A stretch of 32,000 bases of DNA from Candidatus Karelsulcia muelleri (GTDB lineage Bacteria > Bacteroidota > Bacteroidia > Flavobacteriales > Blattabacteriaceae): NCBI RefSeq assembly GCF_003214255.1, contig NZ_CP029011.1:30001-62000 (forward strand), read 5' to 3'. Positions within the stretch are counted from its first letter, which is position 1. Every line of letters begins with the position of its first letter. The notes beneath the pieces were generated by a model. That model saw only the letters and a program-made list of their open reading frames with translations. It did no database searches and was not told where the DNA came from. A program made the position numbers and the translations under genes. Below are positions 8,707 to 18,953 of this stretch, one piece after another.

Positions 8707-10104
8707 TGATTCTTTTTTTCCTATTATTGAAATAATAAAAAACAGATCCAATCCTTTTAAAGATCCAACTAAAGAAATTCGTAATAATTGCATAATAGAA
8801 TATCTTTTTTGGTCCAAGTCCAACTTTTGAATTAAAGTTTTAATATTTAAAATATTAAATTTTTTTTCATTTAAAAAAATCCATATTAAGGAATGGAACC
8901 TTTTAATATTTTTTTTAAAAAAAAATTTTTCATTTAAATCTGGAGATTTAAAAAAATAAATTGTTTGATTTATAATTTCATTTATAAATGAACATTTTTT
9001 TATTAAAAAATTAATAATTTTTAAGAAAAAAATATTTTTTATTTTTATATAAAAAATATTACGTTTTTTTAATTCTTTCTTTAAAAGAAAAAGAATTTCT
9101 TTATAAGTTTTTTTTTTAAAATATTTACAATTAAACCATTCTGCTTTTTTAAAATTAAATTTAGCAGAAGATATGTTTATATCTTCAATTTGAAAAATTG
9201 AAATTAAATTTTTTAATGAAAAAATTTCTTTTGTTCCACCTGGATTCCAGCCTAAAAAAACTAACATATTGAGAAAAGCTTCTGGAAAATATCCAGATTC
9301 TCTATATCCTTTATATTTTTGGGAAGTTTTCTTATCTTTCCATCCTAAAGGAAAAATTGGAAATTTTAAAATTTTTCTTTTACTAATTTTACCTTGTCCT
9401 AAAGGATTTAATATTAACGGTAAATGTAAAAAAATTGGAGTAATCCAATAAAAATATTTATATAAACAAATATTTATTGGAAAAGAAGATAACCATTCTT
9501 CACCTTTTATAACATGAGAAATTTTCATTAAATGATCATCAATTACATTGGCTAAATGATATGTAGGAGTGCCATCAGATTTTAGAATAATTTTCTCATC
9601 TAATGAATTAATAATTATTTTGCCCCGTAAAAAATCTTTTATTTTTAATCCAAAAAATTTTGGAATTTTAAATCTTATTACAAAAACTATTCCATTAATT
9701 ATTTTTTTAAAAGTTTTTTCATTAGAGATATTTAAATATAATTTTTTTCTATTATAATTTCTTTTCTTCTTTTTTTTTTCAAAAGCATAATAAGCAAAAT
9801 CATTTGCTAATAAATATTTTATATATTTTTTATAGATTTCATATCTTTCTGATTGTCTATAGGGCCCATAATTTCCTTTCATTGCTGGTCCTTCATCTAC
9901 AGTAAGTCCACACCATTTAAGAGATTTAATTATATAATTTTCTGCACCAGATTTGTATCTGGATCTATCGGTATCTTCTATTCTGAGAATAAATTTTCCC
10001 TTATTTTTTTTAGCAAATAAAAAATTATATAAAGCCGTTCTAATGCTACCTAAATGAAGAGGTCCAGTAGGACTGGGTGCAAAACGAACTCTAACTTTTT
10101 TCAT
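8668..10104 (-). CDS. gltX: Glutamyl-tRNA synthetase
   Basis: 478-aa ORF with 'VRFAPSPTGPLHLGSIRTAL', 'LRIEDTD' and 'KISKRK'. Its 3' end overlaps the lgt 3' end by 39 bp (convergent). Confidence 0.93.
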   Translation of the reverse strand: MKKVRVRFAPSPTGPLHLGSIRTALYNFLFAKKNKGKFILRIEDTDRSRYKSGAENYIIKSLKWCGLTVDEGPAMKGNYGPYRQSERYEIYKKYIKYLLANDFAYYAFEKKKKKRNYNRKKLYLNISNEKTFKKIINGIVFVIRFKIPKFFGLKIKDFLRGKIIINSLDEKIILKSDGTPTYHLANVIDDHLMKISHVIKGEEWLSSFPINICLYKYFYWITPIFLHLPLILNPLGQGKISKRKILKFPIFPLGWKDKKTSQKYKGYRESGYFPEAFLNMLVFLGWNPGGTKEIFSLKNLISIFQIEDINISSAKFNFKKAEWFNCKYFKKKTYKEILFLLKKELKKRNIFYIKIKNIFFLKIINFLIKKCSFINEIINQTIYFFKSPDLNEKFFFKKNIKRFHSLIWIFLNEKKFNILNIKTLIQKLDLDQKRYSIMQLLRISLVGSLKGLDLFFIISIIGKKESLKRIIKFINYCL

Positions 10105-10110
10105 AAAAAA

Positions 10111-10947
10111 TTAAATTCCTCCAATTATTTCAAGTATTTCTTTTGTAATATTTTCTTTTCTTATTTTATTAAAATAATATAATAATTCTTTTTTAATTTT
10201 TAACCCATTATCTTTAGCTTTTTGCATAGCCATCATTCTTGATGAATGTTCTGATATTTTTGATTCTAAGATTGAATTATAAATTTTTAATTTTAACATT
10301 TCAGGAAATAAAAATTTTAATATTTTTTTTTTAGATGGTTCAAATCTAAAATCTTTTTTTTTTTTTAAAAAAAAATGTTTGTTAATTTTAACTGGTAAAA
10401 TTTGTTTTATTGAAATAAATTTTTTATATATATTTTTTGAATTATTATATATCATAATAATTTTAATAAAATTTCCTATTTTATAATTTTTATATATATC
10501 ATTTATTATATTAGACAAAATATTAAAATTTATGTTTTCTATTAAATTGCTATTATAAACTAATATAGGATATTTTTTAGAAAAAAGTTCTTTTCCTTTT
10601 TTACCAAAAAATAATATATAAATATTTTTTTTTTTAAAAAAATTATTAATTAAATAATTTGAAATTTTTAATAAAAAATTATTAAAAGATCCACAAAGAC
10701 CTCTATTAGAGGTTAATACTATTAAGAGTATAGTATTTTTTTTGTTTTTTTTAAACAAAAAATTATTATTATTTAATAATAAAATTTTAAAAATTTTTTC
10801 GAGATTATATTTATAAAAATTTAAATTTAAAAGTTTTTCTTGAGTTTTTTTTAAATTTCTAGATGAAACTAGTTTCATTGCACTAGTCATTTTTACAATA
10901 GAACTTACTGTATTTACTCTATTTATTAATTCTTTTAAATTAGACAT
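10111..10947 (-). CDS. atpG: F-type ATP synthase subunit gamma
   Basis: 278-aa ORF with the N-terminal 'LKELINRVNTVSSIVKMTSAMKLVS' and C-terminal 'ITKEILEIIGG'. It starts immediately after the atpA stop (TAAATG). Confidence 0.88.
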   Translation of the reverse strand: MSNLKELINRVNTVSSIVKMTSAMKLVSSRNLKKTQEKLLNLNFYKYNLEKIFKILLLNNNNFLFKKNKKNTILLIVLTSNRGLCGSFNNFLLKISNYLINNFFKKKNIYILFFGKKGKELFSKKYPILVYNSNLIENINFNILSNIINDIYKNYKIGNFIKIIMIYNNSKNIYKKFISIKQILPVKINKHFFLKKKKDFRFEPSKKKILKFLFPEMLKLKIYNSILESKISEHSSRMMAMQKAKDNGLKIKKELLYYFNKIRKENITKEILEIIGGI

Positions 10948-12531
10948 TTAATTTAATCTAAATTTTTTTTTAATAATTAAGGCTACATTCTTTAATGTAG
11001 ATCTAATTTCATTATTTAATTTTCCCTGTTCTAATAATTTTATTATATTTAAATGATTATTATTTAAATAATTTAAATATTCTTTTTCAAAAAGCTTCAC
11101 TTTTTTAAGTGGAATATCTTTTAAAAGATTCTTTGTACCTGCATATATAATAGCTATTTGATAGCCTAATCTATATGGAGAATTAATAGATTGTTTTAAT
11201 ATTTCTATATTTCTTTTGCCTTTTTCAATAATTTCTTTAGTTGTAGCATCTAAATCTGATCCAAATTGAGAAAAAGATTCTAATTCTCTAAATTGAGCTT
11301 GATCTAATTTAAAAGTACCTGCAATTTTTTTCATTGATTTAATTTGTGCCGTTGCACCTACTCTGGAAACCGAAATTCCTTCATTTATAGCCGGTCTTAT
11401 TCCTGAATTAAAAAGGTTTGTTTCTAAAAAAATTTGTCCATCTGTTATTGAAATAACATTTGTAGGAATATATGATGAAACATCCCCAAATTGGGTTTCT
11501 ATTATTGGTAAAGATGTTAAAGATCCTCCTCCCAAAAGTTTTTTTTTTATACTTTTTGGTACATCATTCATTTCAGATGCAATTTTCTTATCACTTATTA
11601 TTTTAGATGAACGTTCTAATAACCGTGAATGTAAGTAAAAAATATCCCCTGGATAAGCTTCTCTGCCTGGTGGACGACGTAATAATAAAGAAATTTCTCT
11701 ATAAGCTACTGCTTGTTTCGATAAATCATCATAGATAATTAAAGCAGAACGTCCAGTATCACGAAAAAATTCTCCTATTGCAGTACCAGAAAAAGGAGCA
11801 AAAACCTGCATAGCAGCAGAATCTGAAGCATTAGCTGTTAAGATAATTGTATATGATAAAGCATCATTTTTATTTAAAATTTTTATTATACTAGCTAAAG
11901 TTGATGCTTTTTGACCAATTGATACATAAATACAATAAACGGGATTTCCATTTTCATAAAATTGTTTTTGATTAATTATAGTATCTATTGCTAGAGTAGT
12001 TTTTCCAGTTTGTCTATCTCCTATTATTAATTCTCTTTGGCCTTTTCCTATAGGAATCATAGAATCTATACATTTAATTCCAGTTTGTAAAGGTTCTTTT
12101 ACTGGTTCTCTATAAATCACCCCAGGTGCTTTTCTCTCTAATGGCATTTTAAATACTTTTCCTTCTATCGGGCCTTTTCCATCGATAGGAACCCCGAAAC
12201 TATTTAAAACCCTTCCTAACATTCCTTCCCCTACATTTATAGACGCAATTTTTCCGGTTCTAATGACTTTCTCCCCTTCTTTTAACCCATGGGAAGGTCC
12301 AATTAAAATAACTCCTACATTTTCTTCTTCTAAATTTAGAACAATTCCTTTTGTTTCATTTTCAAATTCTACTATTTCTCCATAAATTACATTATTTAAT
12401 CCATATACATTCACAACTCCATCTCCTATATTCATTATTATTCCAGATTCAAGTATTTCTTCATTAGAATTAAAATTTAAAATTTTTTTTTTTATTAAAG
12501 CTGAAATCTCAGCATATTTTATATCCAACAT
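10948..12531 (-). CDS. atpA: F-type ATP synthase subunit alpha
   Basis: 527-aa ORF with Walker A 'GDRQTGKT' and '[31 protein letters not shown]'. Confidence 0.97.
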   Translation of the reverse strand: MLDIKYAEISALIKKKILNFNSNEEILESGIIMNIGDGVVNVYGLNNVIYGEIVEFENETKGIVLNLEEENVGVILIGPSHGLKEGEKVIRTGKIASINVGEGMLGRVLNSFGVPIDGKGPIEGKVFKMPLERKAPGVIYREPVKEPLQTGIKCIDSMIPIGKGQRELIIGDRQTGKTTLAIDTIINQKQFYENGNPVYCIYVSIGQKASTLASIIKILNKNDALSYTIILTANASDSAAMQVFAPFSGTAIGEFFRDTGRSALIIYDDLSKQAVAYREISLLLRRPPGREAYPGDIFYLHSRLLERSSKIISDKKIASEMNDVPKSIKKKLLGGGSLTSLPIIETQFGDVSSYIPTNVISITDGQIFLETNLFNSGIRPAINEGISVSRVGATAQIKSMKKIAGTFKLDQAQFRELESFSQFGSDLDATTKEIIEKGKRNIEILKQSINSPYRLGYQIAIIYAGTKNLLKDIPLKKVKLFEKEYLNYLNNNHLNIIKLLEQGKLNNEIRSTLKNVALIIKKKFRLN

Positions 12532-12537
12532 ATATTT

Positions 12538-13077
12538 TTATTTTAACAAATTTTGTTTAAAATTTTTAAAAAAATTTTTAATTGTAAAATCATAATATTT
12601 ATTATCAAATTTTATTAAAAATCCCCCCAATATATTTTTTTTTTTTTTTAAAAAAAAAATAATAATTTTCTTCTTAATCAGAAAAAGAATTTTTTTATAT
12701 AAAAAAAAATTTAAATAATTATTATTAATATAATTTTTATACCGAAAATGTAATTCTATTATATTTTGTTTTTTTTTAAAAAAATCTATATATTTTAAAC
12801 AAATTTTTTTAAATAAAAATTCTTTGTTTTCAATTATTATTAATAATAACAAGTTTTGTATTAAATTAGATTTAATTATTTTTTTAAAAAAATTTATTTT
12901 TTTCTCTTTTTTTAAAAAAGGTGTTAATAACAATTTTTCCAAATTATGATTTTTTTTTATTAAAAATAATAATTTTTCTATTTCATTTTTTAGAAAAATT
13001 TCTTTTTTTAATTCTAAAGCAGAATCCAAAAATCCTTTTGCATATTTTTTTATTAAAATTTTAGAATATAATTTCAT
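12538..13077 (-). CDS. atpH: F-type ATP synthase subunit delta (OSCP)
   Basis: 179-aa ORF in the canonical position between atpF and atpA. The sequence is very degenerate, so the call rests mainly on synteny and size. Confidence 0.65.
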   Translation of the reverse strand: MKLYSKILIKKYAKGFLDSALELKKEIFLKNEIEKLLFLIKKNHNLEKLLLTPFLKKEKKINFFKKIIKSNLIQNLLLLIIIENKEFLFKKICLKYIDFFKKKQNIIELHFRYKNYINNNYLNFFLYKKILFLIKKKIIIFFLKKKKNILGGFLIKFDNKYYDFTIKNFFKNFKQNLLK

Positions 13078-13079
13078 TC

Positions 13080-13562
13080 TTATGAAAGAATTTTTTTCAA
13101 AAATTTATTATGATTTTTATTATTTAATTTAAATTCTTTTGTTAAAATTTTTTTTGAAATAATTATTGATAAATTTAAAATTTCATTTTTTAATTTTTCT
13201 AAAGCTATTCTTTTTTTATTTTCTATTATTATATTGGTTTTTTCAATAATTAATTGACTTTCTAAAAACACTTTTTTTTTTGCTTCTTCCTCTATTTTTT
13301 TTTTTTCTTTTTGAGCTTCATTTAAAATCTTTTGCTTTTTTTTTTCTGCTTTTATTCTAATTTTTTTTTTTTTATTTTTAAAATTTTTTATTTTTTCTTT
13401 TGCTTTTTCGGCTTCATTTATTGAATTCATTATATTTTTTTCACGTTTTTCTATAAAATTATTTATAGGATTCCATGCAAATTTTCTAAGAATAATAAAT
13501 GTAAGTAAAAATATTATTGATTGCCAAAATATTAATCCTAAAGAAGGCGTAATTAAATCCAT
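13080..13562 (-). CDS. atpF: F-type ATP synthase subunit b
   Basis: 160-aa ORF with a single N-terminal TM helix ('LGLIFWQSIIFLLTFIIL') followed by a long charged helix. It sits in the operon position between atpE and atpH. Confidence 0.8.
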   Translation of the reverse strand: MDLITPSLGLIFWQSIIFLLTFIILRKFAWNPINNFIEKREKNIMNSINEAEKAKEKIKNFKNKKKKIRIKAEKKKQKILNEAQKEKKKIEEEAKKKVFLESQLIIEKTNIIIENKKRIALEKLKNEILNLSIIISKKILTKEFKLNNKNHNKFLKKILS

Positions 13563-13578
13563 AATAAAATTATGGTTC

Positions 13579-13806
13579 TTATTTTAATACTGCCAACAAA
13601 GCAGTAACTATTCCAAACAAAGATGCTCCTTCTAAAAGAGCTGCAGAGATTATCATTGCAGTTTGAATTTTATTTGCAGCTTCTGGTTGTCTAGCTATTG
13701 CTTCCATAGCATTTCCTCCAATCTTGCCAATACCAAATCCCGCTCCCAATACAGCTATTCCTGCTCCTAAAGCAGAAAATCCTATATAATTTAAATTATT
13801 TTCCAT
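13579..13806 (-). CDS. atpE: F-type ATP synthase subunit c
   Basis: 75-aa two-helix hairpin protein with the 'ARQPE' loop and the carboxylate-bearing 'ALLEGASLFG'. Confidence 0.93.
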   Translation of the reverse strand: MENNLNYIGFSALGAGIAVLGAGFGIGKIGGNAMEAIARQPEAANKIQTAMIISAALLEGASLFGIVTALLAVLK

Positions 13807-13872
13807 AATAATTAATTATTTTATAATAATATTAAATATATATATAATAATTTTTATTAAAAATCAAATAAA

Positions 13873-14904
13873 TTAATTAATTGCTAATCCTAAATATAAT
13901 GCTGATAAAGAGGTAAAAATAAATGCTTGTAAAAAGCAGACCATTATTTCTAATAAAGAAATAAAAATAGAAAAAGGAATAGATATAACTATTGAAAAAA
14001 AATTTTTAAAAATAAAAATTAAAGAAATAAAACTTAATAAAATTATATGTCCTGCTGTAATATTTGCAAATAAACGAATACAAAGAGTAAAAGGACGAAT
14101 TAATAAACCTAAAATTTCTATTGGAATTAATAAAAATTTAATTAAAAATGGAACATTTGGCGGAAAAAAAAGATGTTTCCAATAATTTTTTTTAGAACTA
14201 AAAAAAGTGATTAAAAAAATTATCATTGATAATGATAAAGTTACGCTAATATTCCCTGTAATATTAGGTCCTGTAGGAATTATTCCTAAAATATTATTTA
14301 CTAAAATATAAAAAAACAGTGTTAATAATAATGGTAAATAAAATGTATCTTTTTTTTTTCCTAGATTAGGAATAACTATTTCATTTTTTAAAAATAAAAT
14401 TATTGCTTCTAAGAGAAGAAAGAGTTTGTTTTTAACAAACTTCTTCTTATAAGAAGAAGATAATTTTATAAATATAAAAGATAATATAAAAAGAGATGTT
14501 ATTAAACAAAACACATTTTTTGTAATTGAAAAATCAAAAGGAATTTTATTAAGGATAAAACCATTTTTATCTGTTTTTAGAAAACCAACGGAATTAGTTT
14601 GATAAATTTTATCATGAAAAAATCTATAATAAAATTTATTAATTTTTAATAAATTATTTCCATGGTTAAATTTTGATGACATAAAAACATTTAATCCTTT
14701 ATTTAAAATTAATATTGGTAATGAAAAAGAAACATTTTTTTTTTCTTTTTCAAAAAAATTCCATTCATGAGAATCTTTTATATGATTTAAAATAAAAAAA
14801 GCTGGATTAAATAAAAAATTTTTTTTATTATTCAATTTTTGAGAATGTAAAAATCTTAAATTACTAAACCCAAACAAAAATATTAAAAATAAAAAAAAAT
14901 TCAT
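13873..14904 (-). CDS. atpB: F-type ATP synthase subunit a
   Basis: 343-aa polytopic membrane ORF. 'IRLFANITAGHI' contains the essential Arg. It is the first gene of the atp cluster. Confidence 0.88.
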   Translation of the reverse strand: MNFFLFLIFLFGFSNLRFLHSQKLNNKKNFLFNPAFFILNHIKDSHEWNFFEKEKKNVSFSLPILILNKGLNVFMSSKFNHGNNLLKINKFYYRFFHDKIYQTNSVGFLKTDKNGFILNKIPFDFSITKNVFCLITSLFILSFIFIKLSSSYKKKFVKNKLFLLLEAIILFLKNEIVIPNLGKKKDTFYLPLLLTLFFYILVNNILGIIPTGPNITGNISVTLSLSMIIFLITFFSSKKNYWKHLFFPPNVPFLIKFLLIPIEILGLLIRPFTLCIRLFANITAGHIILLSFISLIFIFKNFFSIVISIPFSIFISLLEIMVCFLQAFIFTSLSALYLGLAIN

Positions 14905-14970
14905 TATTAAGTATATTTAAATTAATTTTAGAATTAATTAGTTAGTCCAGCAAATTGACATTAAAAATAT

Positions 14971-16209
14971 TTATTTTTTTAAAACCCATTGAGCAGTATC
15001 AAAATTAATTTGTCTTAAAAGAATTTTTTTGTTTTTAACAAAATTTTTTTCATTATATTTTTTATAATGAATAATTGTGTATAATTCTACATTATTTATT
15101 TTTTTTATAATAAATTTATTTTTTAGATTGAAAATAATATTCATAATATTATTAAATTTATCTTCTAAACAAACTGTCAAACTAATTGAGGAATATTGAA
15201 TTAATAATATTTTAATTTTTGAAAAAAAATTAAATATTTCACTAATATTTTTTTCTAAATATAAAAAATTTTTTTTAAGAAAAAAAGATAACAAAATTGT
15301 TTTTTTTTTTAATATAAAAAAAGAATTTTTAAAATTTATTTGTTTTTTTTTTTTAATTAAGGTCCCTTTTTTTTTGGGGAAAAAAAAAGATCTAACATAT
15401 AATGGAATTTTTTTTTTTTTTAAAGGATGTAAAGTATTTAGATGTATAATTGAGGCACCATAATAAGATAATTCAAAAGCTTCTTCAAAAGAAAGACTTT
15501 TTAAAAAAGTAGTTTTTTTAAAAACTTTTGGATCTGCATTTAAAATGCCAGGTACATCTTTCCAGGTAGTTTGACTTTTTGCATTTAAACAATATGAAAA
15601 AATTGATGCAGTATAATCTGAACCTTCTCTTCCTAAAGTAGTAGTATAATAATTATTATCTGCTCCTATAAAACCTTGAGTTAAATAAGAAAATTTCTTA
15701 TTTAATTTTTTAATTTTTTTTTTTGTTTGTTTCCAATTTACATGTGCTTCACGAAAACAATTATCAGTTTTTATAAAATTTCTACAATCTATCCAAATAT
15801 TTTTAATATTTTTATAATTTAAATAATCACTAACTATTTTAGTAGAAATTAATTCTCCAGCTCCCACAATTTGATCATATATAAAATTATAATTTAATAT
15901 GTTATTTTTTTTTAAAAAAAAATAAATATTATTAAAATAAAATAATATATTTAAAACATAATAGTTTTTATTAAAAAATAAATTTTTAATCATTTTTAAA
16001 TGATTTTTTTCTATTTCAAATAAAAAAATGTAGGGGGATTTTTTTAAAAAATATGTATTTACTACTTTTTCAAGCTTATTAGTAGTTTTGCCAATAGCTG
16101 AAATTACAATAACAGTATTTTTATAACCTACAGATTTTATTACTTTGGATAAATTTTTTACTCTTTTAGAGTTTTTAATAGAAGATCCTCCGAATTTATA
16201 TATTTTCAT
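14971..16209 (-). CDS. lysC: Aspartate kinase
   Basis: 412-aa ORF with 'KFGGSS', 'VISAIGKTTN', 'LGREGSDYTA' and 'PGILNADPK'. The C-terminal region is degenerate and ACT-like. Confidence 0.85.
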   Translation of the reverse strand: MKIYKFGGSSIKNSKRVKNLSKVIKSVGYKNTVIVISAIGKTTNKLEKVVNTYFLKKSPYIFLFEIEKNHLKMIKNLFFNKNYYVLNILFYFNNIYFFLKKNNILNYNFIYDQIVGAGELISTKIVSDYLNYKNIKNIWIDCRNFIKTDNCFREAHVNWKQTKKKIKKLNKKFSYLTQGFIGADNNYYTTTLGREGSDYTASIFSYCLNAKSQTTWKDVPGILNADPKVFKKTTFLKSLSFEEAFELSYYGASIIHLNTLHPLKKKKIPLYVRSFFFPKKKGTLIKKKKQINFKNSFFILKKKTILLSFFLKKNFLYLEKNISEIFNFFSKIKILLIQYSSISLTVCLEDKFNNIMNIIFNLKNKFIIKKINNVELYTIIHYKKYNEKNFVKNKKILLRQINFDTAQWVLKK

Positions 16210-16241
16210 TTAAAGATATTCTCATCAAATGAATTTCGAAA

Positions 16242-16427
16242 TTATTTAATAATTTTTTCAAGTAACAGGAAAATACTATTTATAAGTAGAAATATAATTA
16301 TAAGAAAAAAACTTAAGAGATAATTCATATTAAAAATTAAATTCTTTTCTAAAAAGAAAGAAATTATTTCTATAAATAAAAAAATTATTAATATAAATAA
16401 ATATATGTATGAAATATTTTTTTTCAA
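16242..16427 (-). CDS. Hypothetical small hydrophobic ORF (possibly spurious)
   Basis: 61 codons with a TTG start and only Ile/Leu/Phe/Lys-rich low-complexity sequence. It lies in the same frame as the MarC-family ORF, 4 codons after that ORF's stop. No motif. Confidence 0.2.
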   Translation of the reverse strand: MKKNISYIYLFILIIFLFIEIISFFLEKNLIFNMNYLLSFFLIIIFLLINSIFLLLEKIIK

Positions 16428-16439
16428 AATTTTATTGAT

Positions 16440-17054
16440 TTAAAAAATCTTAATAAGACTTTCATTTGGAAAAATATTACATACATTTCGTCCAAATACT
16501 TTTATTGAAAAAGATAATAATATTATTCCAAATAATTTTTTAATAATATATAAATTAGATTTACTAATTTTTTTTTCTATAAAATCAATATTTTTTATTA
16601 CAAAAAATACGAATATCATATTCAAAATTAATGACAACATTATTGTTTTAATATCATAATTGGTTTTTAAAGACATTAAAGTTGTTACAGATCCTGGACC
16701 GGCAATTAATGGAAATGAAATTGGAATAATAGAAATTTCGATATTAGATTTTTTTTCTAATTTAGATAAATCTATTTCAAAGATCATTTCTAATGAAACT
16801 AAAAATAATATTATAGCTCCCGCTAATGAAAAAGAGTAAAGATCAATTCCAAATGAATTTAAAAAAAAATCTCCTAAAAAGAAGAAAAATAAAAAAATTA
16901 ACATTGATACCAATGTTATTTTTTTAGTATTTATTATATTTCCTTTTTTTTTATATCCAATAATAATAGGAGCATTTCCTATAATATCTATTATACTAAA
17001 CAATATAAGAAAACATGTAAAAAATAATTTTATTTGTTGAAGTTGCATTTTCAT
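16440..17054 (-). CDS. MarC-family (UPF0056) integral membrane protein
   Basis: 204-aa ORF with about 6 predicted TM segments. The N-terminal 'FSIIDIIGNAPII' resembles the MarC-family signature. Confidence 0.6.
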   Translation of the reverse strand: MKMQLQQIKLFFTCFLILFSIIDIIGNAPIIIGYKKKGNIINTKKITLVSMLIFLFFFFLGDFFLNSFGIDLYSFSLAGAIILFLVSLEMIFEIDLSKLEKKSNIEISIIPISFPLIAGPGSVTTLMSLKTNYDIKTIMLSLILNMIFVFFVIKNIDFIEKKISKSNLYIIKKLFGIILLSFSIKVFGRNVCNIFPNESLIKIF

Positions 17055-17115
17055 TTAAAAAAATTTAAAATTTTACTTTTTTAAACAAAGTAATAAATAT
17101 TAATTAATTAATTAT

Positions 17116-17897
17116 TTAATTATTATTTTGTCTTATTATTTCAAATAAAATAATAGCAGTTGAAGTACTCACATTAAGAGAATCTATTTTGCCTTTCATA
17201 GGAATCTGAATAATAATATTAGATGATTTAAACCAATTTTCTGATAATCCTTTTGATTCTGCCCCTATGACAATGGCTAAAGATTTCTTCTCTAATTTTA
17301 GATTATATATATTTTTTATATTTTTTATATTTTTTTTAACAGATGTTGAAATAATTTTAATTTTTTTTTTTTTTAACCATAAAATAATATTTTCAGAATT
17401 ATCTATTGTTATATTATTTGTAAATACTGCACCTAAACTTGAGCGAATAACATTAGGATTAAATATATCAATTGTATTATTACATAATAATACAGCATCT
17501 ATTCCAGCAGCCTCAGTTGTTCTCAAAATAGCTCCTAAGTTTCCAGGTTTTTCTATTCCTTCTAAAACTAGTAAAAAAGTAGTTAAATTAATTTTTATTT
17601 TTTTAATATAAAATTTTTTTTTCAAAAAAGAGGCAAGAATGCCACCAGTTTTTTTTCTAAAAGAAATTTTTTTATATATTTGATATGAAATCAAAAATTT
17701 TTTTCTAAAAAAATTAGAAATAAATTCGTATTTATATATTTTTTTATATAAAAATATATATTCTGGAATATAATTTGCTTTTAAGGCCATTTTAATTTCT
17801 TTTAATCCTTCTACTATAAAGTAATTATATTCTTTTCTTTTTTTTTTCTTTTTTAAAAAAAAAGATATTTAATAATTTTGTTATTAAAACTATTCAT
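17116..17897 (-). CDS. SpoU/TrmH-family RNA 2'-O-methyltransferase, with the reading frame interrupted near the 5' end at a T9 tract
   Basis: The catalytic region is in the track ORF 17116-17790 ('LEGIEKPGNLGAILRTTEAAGIDAVLL', 'IVIGAESKGLS', 'IPMKGKIDSLNVSTSTAIILFE'). That frame stays open upstream to 17866 and encodes '..KKRKEYNYFIVEGLKEIK', with no start codon. The family-typical N-terminus 'MNSFNNKIIKYLFF' starts at ATG 17897-17895, directly after the leuB stop, but in another frame. One extra T in the coding-strand T9 (window A-run 17855-17863) joins the two. Confidence 0.8.
17309..17335. repeat. 9-bp x3 in-frame tandem repeat inside the SpoU/TrmH-type gene
   Basis: atatttttt is repeated three times and encodes (KNI)3 in 'IKNIKNIKNI'. 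Confidence 0.8.
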
Positions 17898-18950
17898 TTA
17901 AATCTTAATAATATAATTAATTAAAAAATCTCCTACTTCTTTAGTAGAAAAAGAATATTTAGGATTTAAATCTTTAGTAGAAACTCCATTTTTTATAGAA
18001 TTATTTACAGCCTTTTTTATTAAAAAACTTTCTTTTTTCATTCCAAAATCTTCTAACATCATAGCAACAGATAATATTGATCCCAAAGGGTTAGCTATAT
18101 TTTTTCCAGCAGCTTGTGGATAAGATCCATGTATTGGTTCATACATAGGAGTTTTTTTTCCAATAGAAGAAGAAGGAATTAATCCTAATGAGCCAGTTAT
18201 TGCACTAGCTTCATCTGATAGTATATCTCCAAACATATTATCAGTTAATAATATATCAAATTTTTTAGGATTAAAAATCATCTGCATAGATGCATTATCT
18301 ATAAAAAGATAATCTAATTGTACTTCTTTAAAATTTAAATGAATTTCTTTCAAAGTTTCTCGCCATAATCTAGAAGTTTCTAAAACATTTGCTTTATCAA
18401 CTAATGTTACTTTTTTTTTTCGTTTTAAAGCTGCTTTAAAAGCAGCTGTTGCTATCCGGGATATCGTTTTTTTTTCATAATTACAAACATCATATGCTTT
18501 TGTTTTATTTAGAGATAATCCTTTTTTTCCAAAATAAATTCCATTAGTAAGTTCTCTATAAATAATAAAATCAACATTTTCTATATATTTTTTTTTTATC
18601 GGAGATATTTTTAATAATTTTTTATAAACTTTAATAGGTCTTATATTAATATATACCCCCATTTTTTTTCTAAGTTTTAATAAACCTTGTTCCGGTCTAA
18701 TTTTAGAATTCTCATATTTGGGATTTCCTATTGCTCCAAATAAAATCGAATCACATTCTAAACAAGTATCTAAAGTAGATTTTGATATTGGTATACCTGT
18801 TTTTTCTATAGAAATTCCTCCTACTAAACAGTTATGATAAATAAATTTATGATCATATTTTGTTCCTATAGCATCTAATACTCTTAAAGATTGATGAATT
18901 ACTTCTGGGCCTATCCCGTCTCCTGACAAAACAGCTATATTTTTTTCCAT
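17898..18950 (-). CDS. leuB: 3-isopropylmalate dehydrogenase
   Basis: 350-aa ORF with 'IAVLSGDGIGPEV', 'DNMFGDILSDEASAITGSLG' and 'YEPIHGS'. Confidence 0.95.
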   Translation of the reverse strand: MEKNIAVLSGDGIGPEVIHQSLRVLDAIGTKYDHKFIYHNCLVGGISIEKTGIPISKSTLDTCLECDSILFGAIGNPKYENSKIRPEQGLLKLRKKMGVYINIRPIKVYKKLLKISPIKKKYIENVDFIIYRELTNGIYFGKKGLSLNKTKAYDVCNYEKKTISRIATAAFKAALKRKKKVTLVDKANVLETSRLWRETLKEIHLNFKEVQLDYLFIDNASMQMIFNPKKFDILLTDNMFGDILSDEASAITGSLGLIPSSSIGKKTPMYEPIHGSYPQAAGKNIANPLGSILSVAMMLEDFGMKKESFLIKKAVNNSIKNGVSTKDLNPKYSFSTKEVGDFLINYIIKI

Positions 18951-18953
18951 ATC

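Noticed and set aside
10111-14904. ATP synthase cluster lacks beta and epsilon subunits (atpD/atpC), which could indicate a deletion
   Set aside because: An atpBEFHAG cluster with atpDC encoded elsewhere is the usual arrangement in Bacteroidetes. The gltX boundary at 10104 is tight, with no relic sequence. Absence from this window is not evidence of loss.
16242-17054. The 61-codon ORF lies in the same frame as the MarC-family gene, which could indicate stop-codon read-through or a recently split gene
   Set aside because: At 204 aa the MarC-family protein is already full length for the family. Sharing a frame has a one-in-three chance, and the downstream ORF is featureless hydrophobic low-complexity sequence.
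17267-17611. 114-aa + strand ORF
   Set aside because: It lies entirely antisense to the catalytic core of the SpoU/TrmH-type methyltransferase. It is low complexity with no motif and is spurious.
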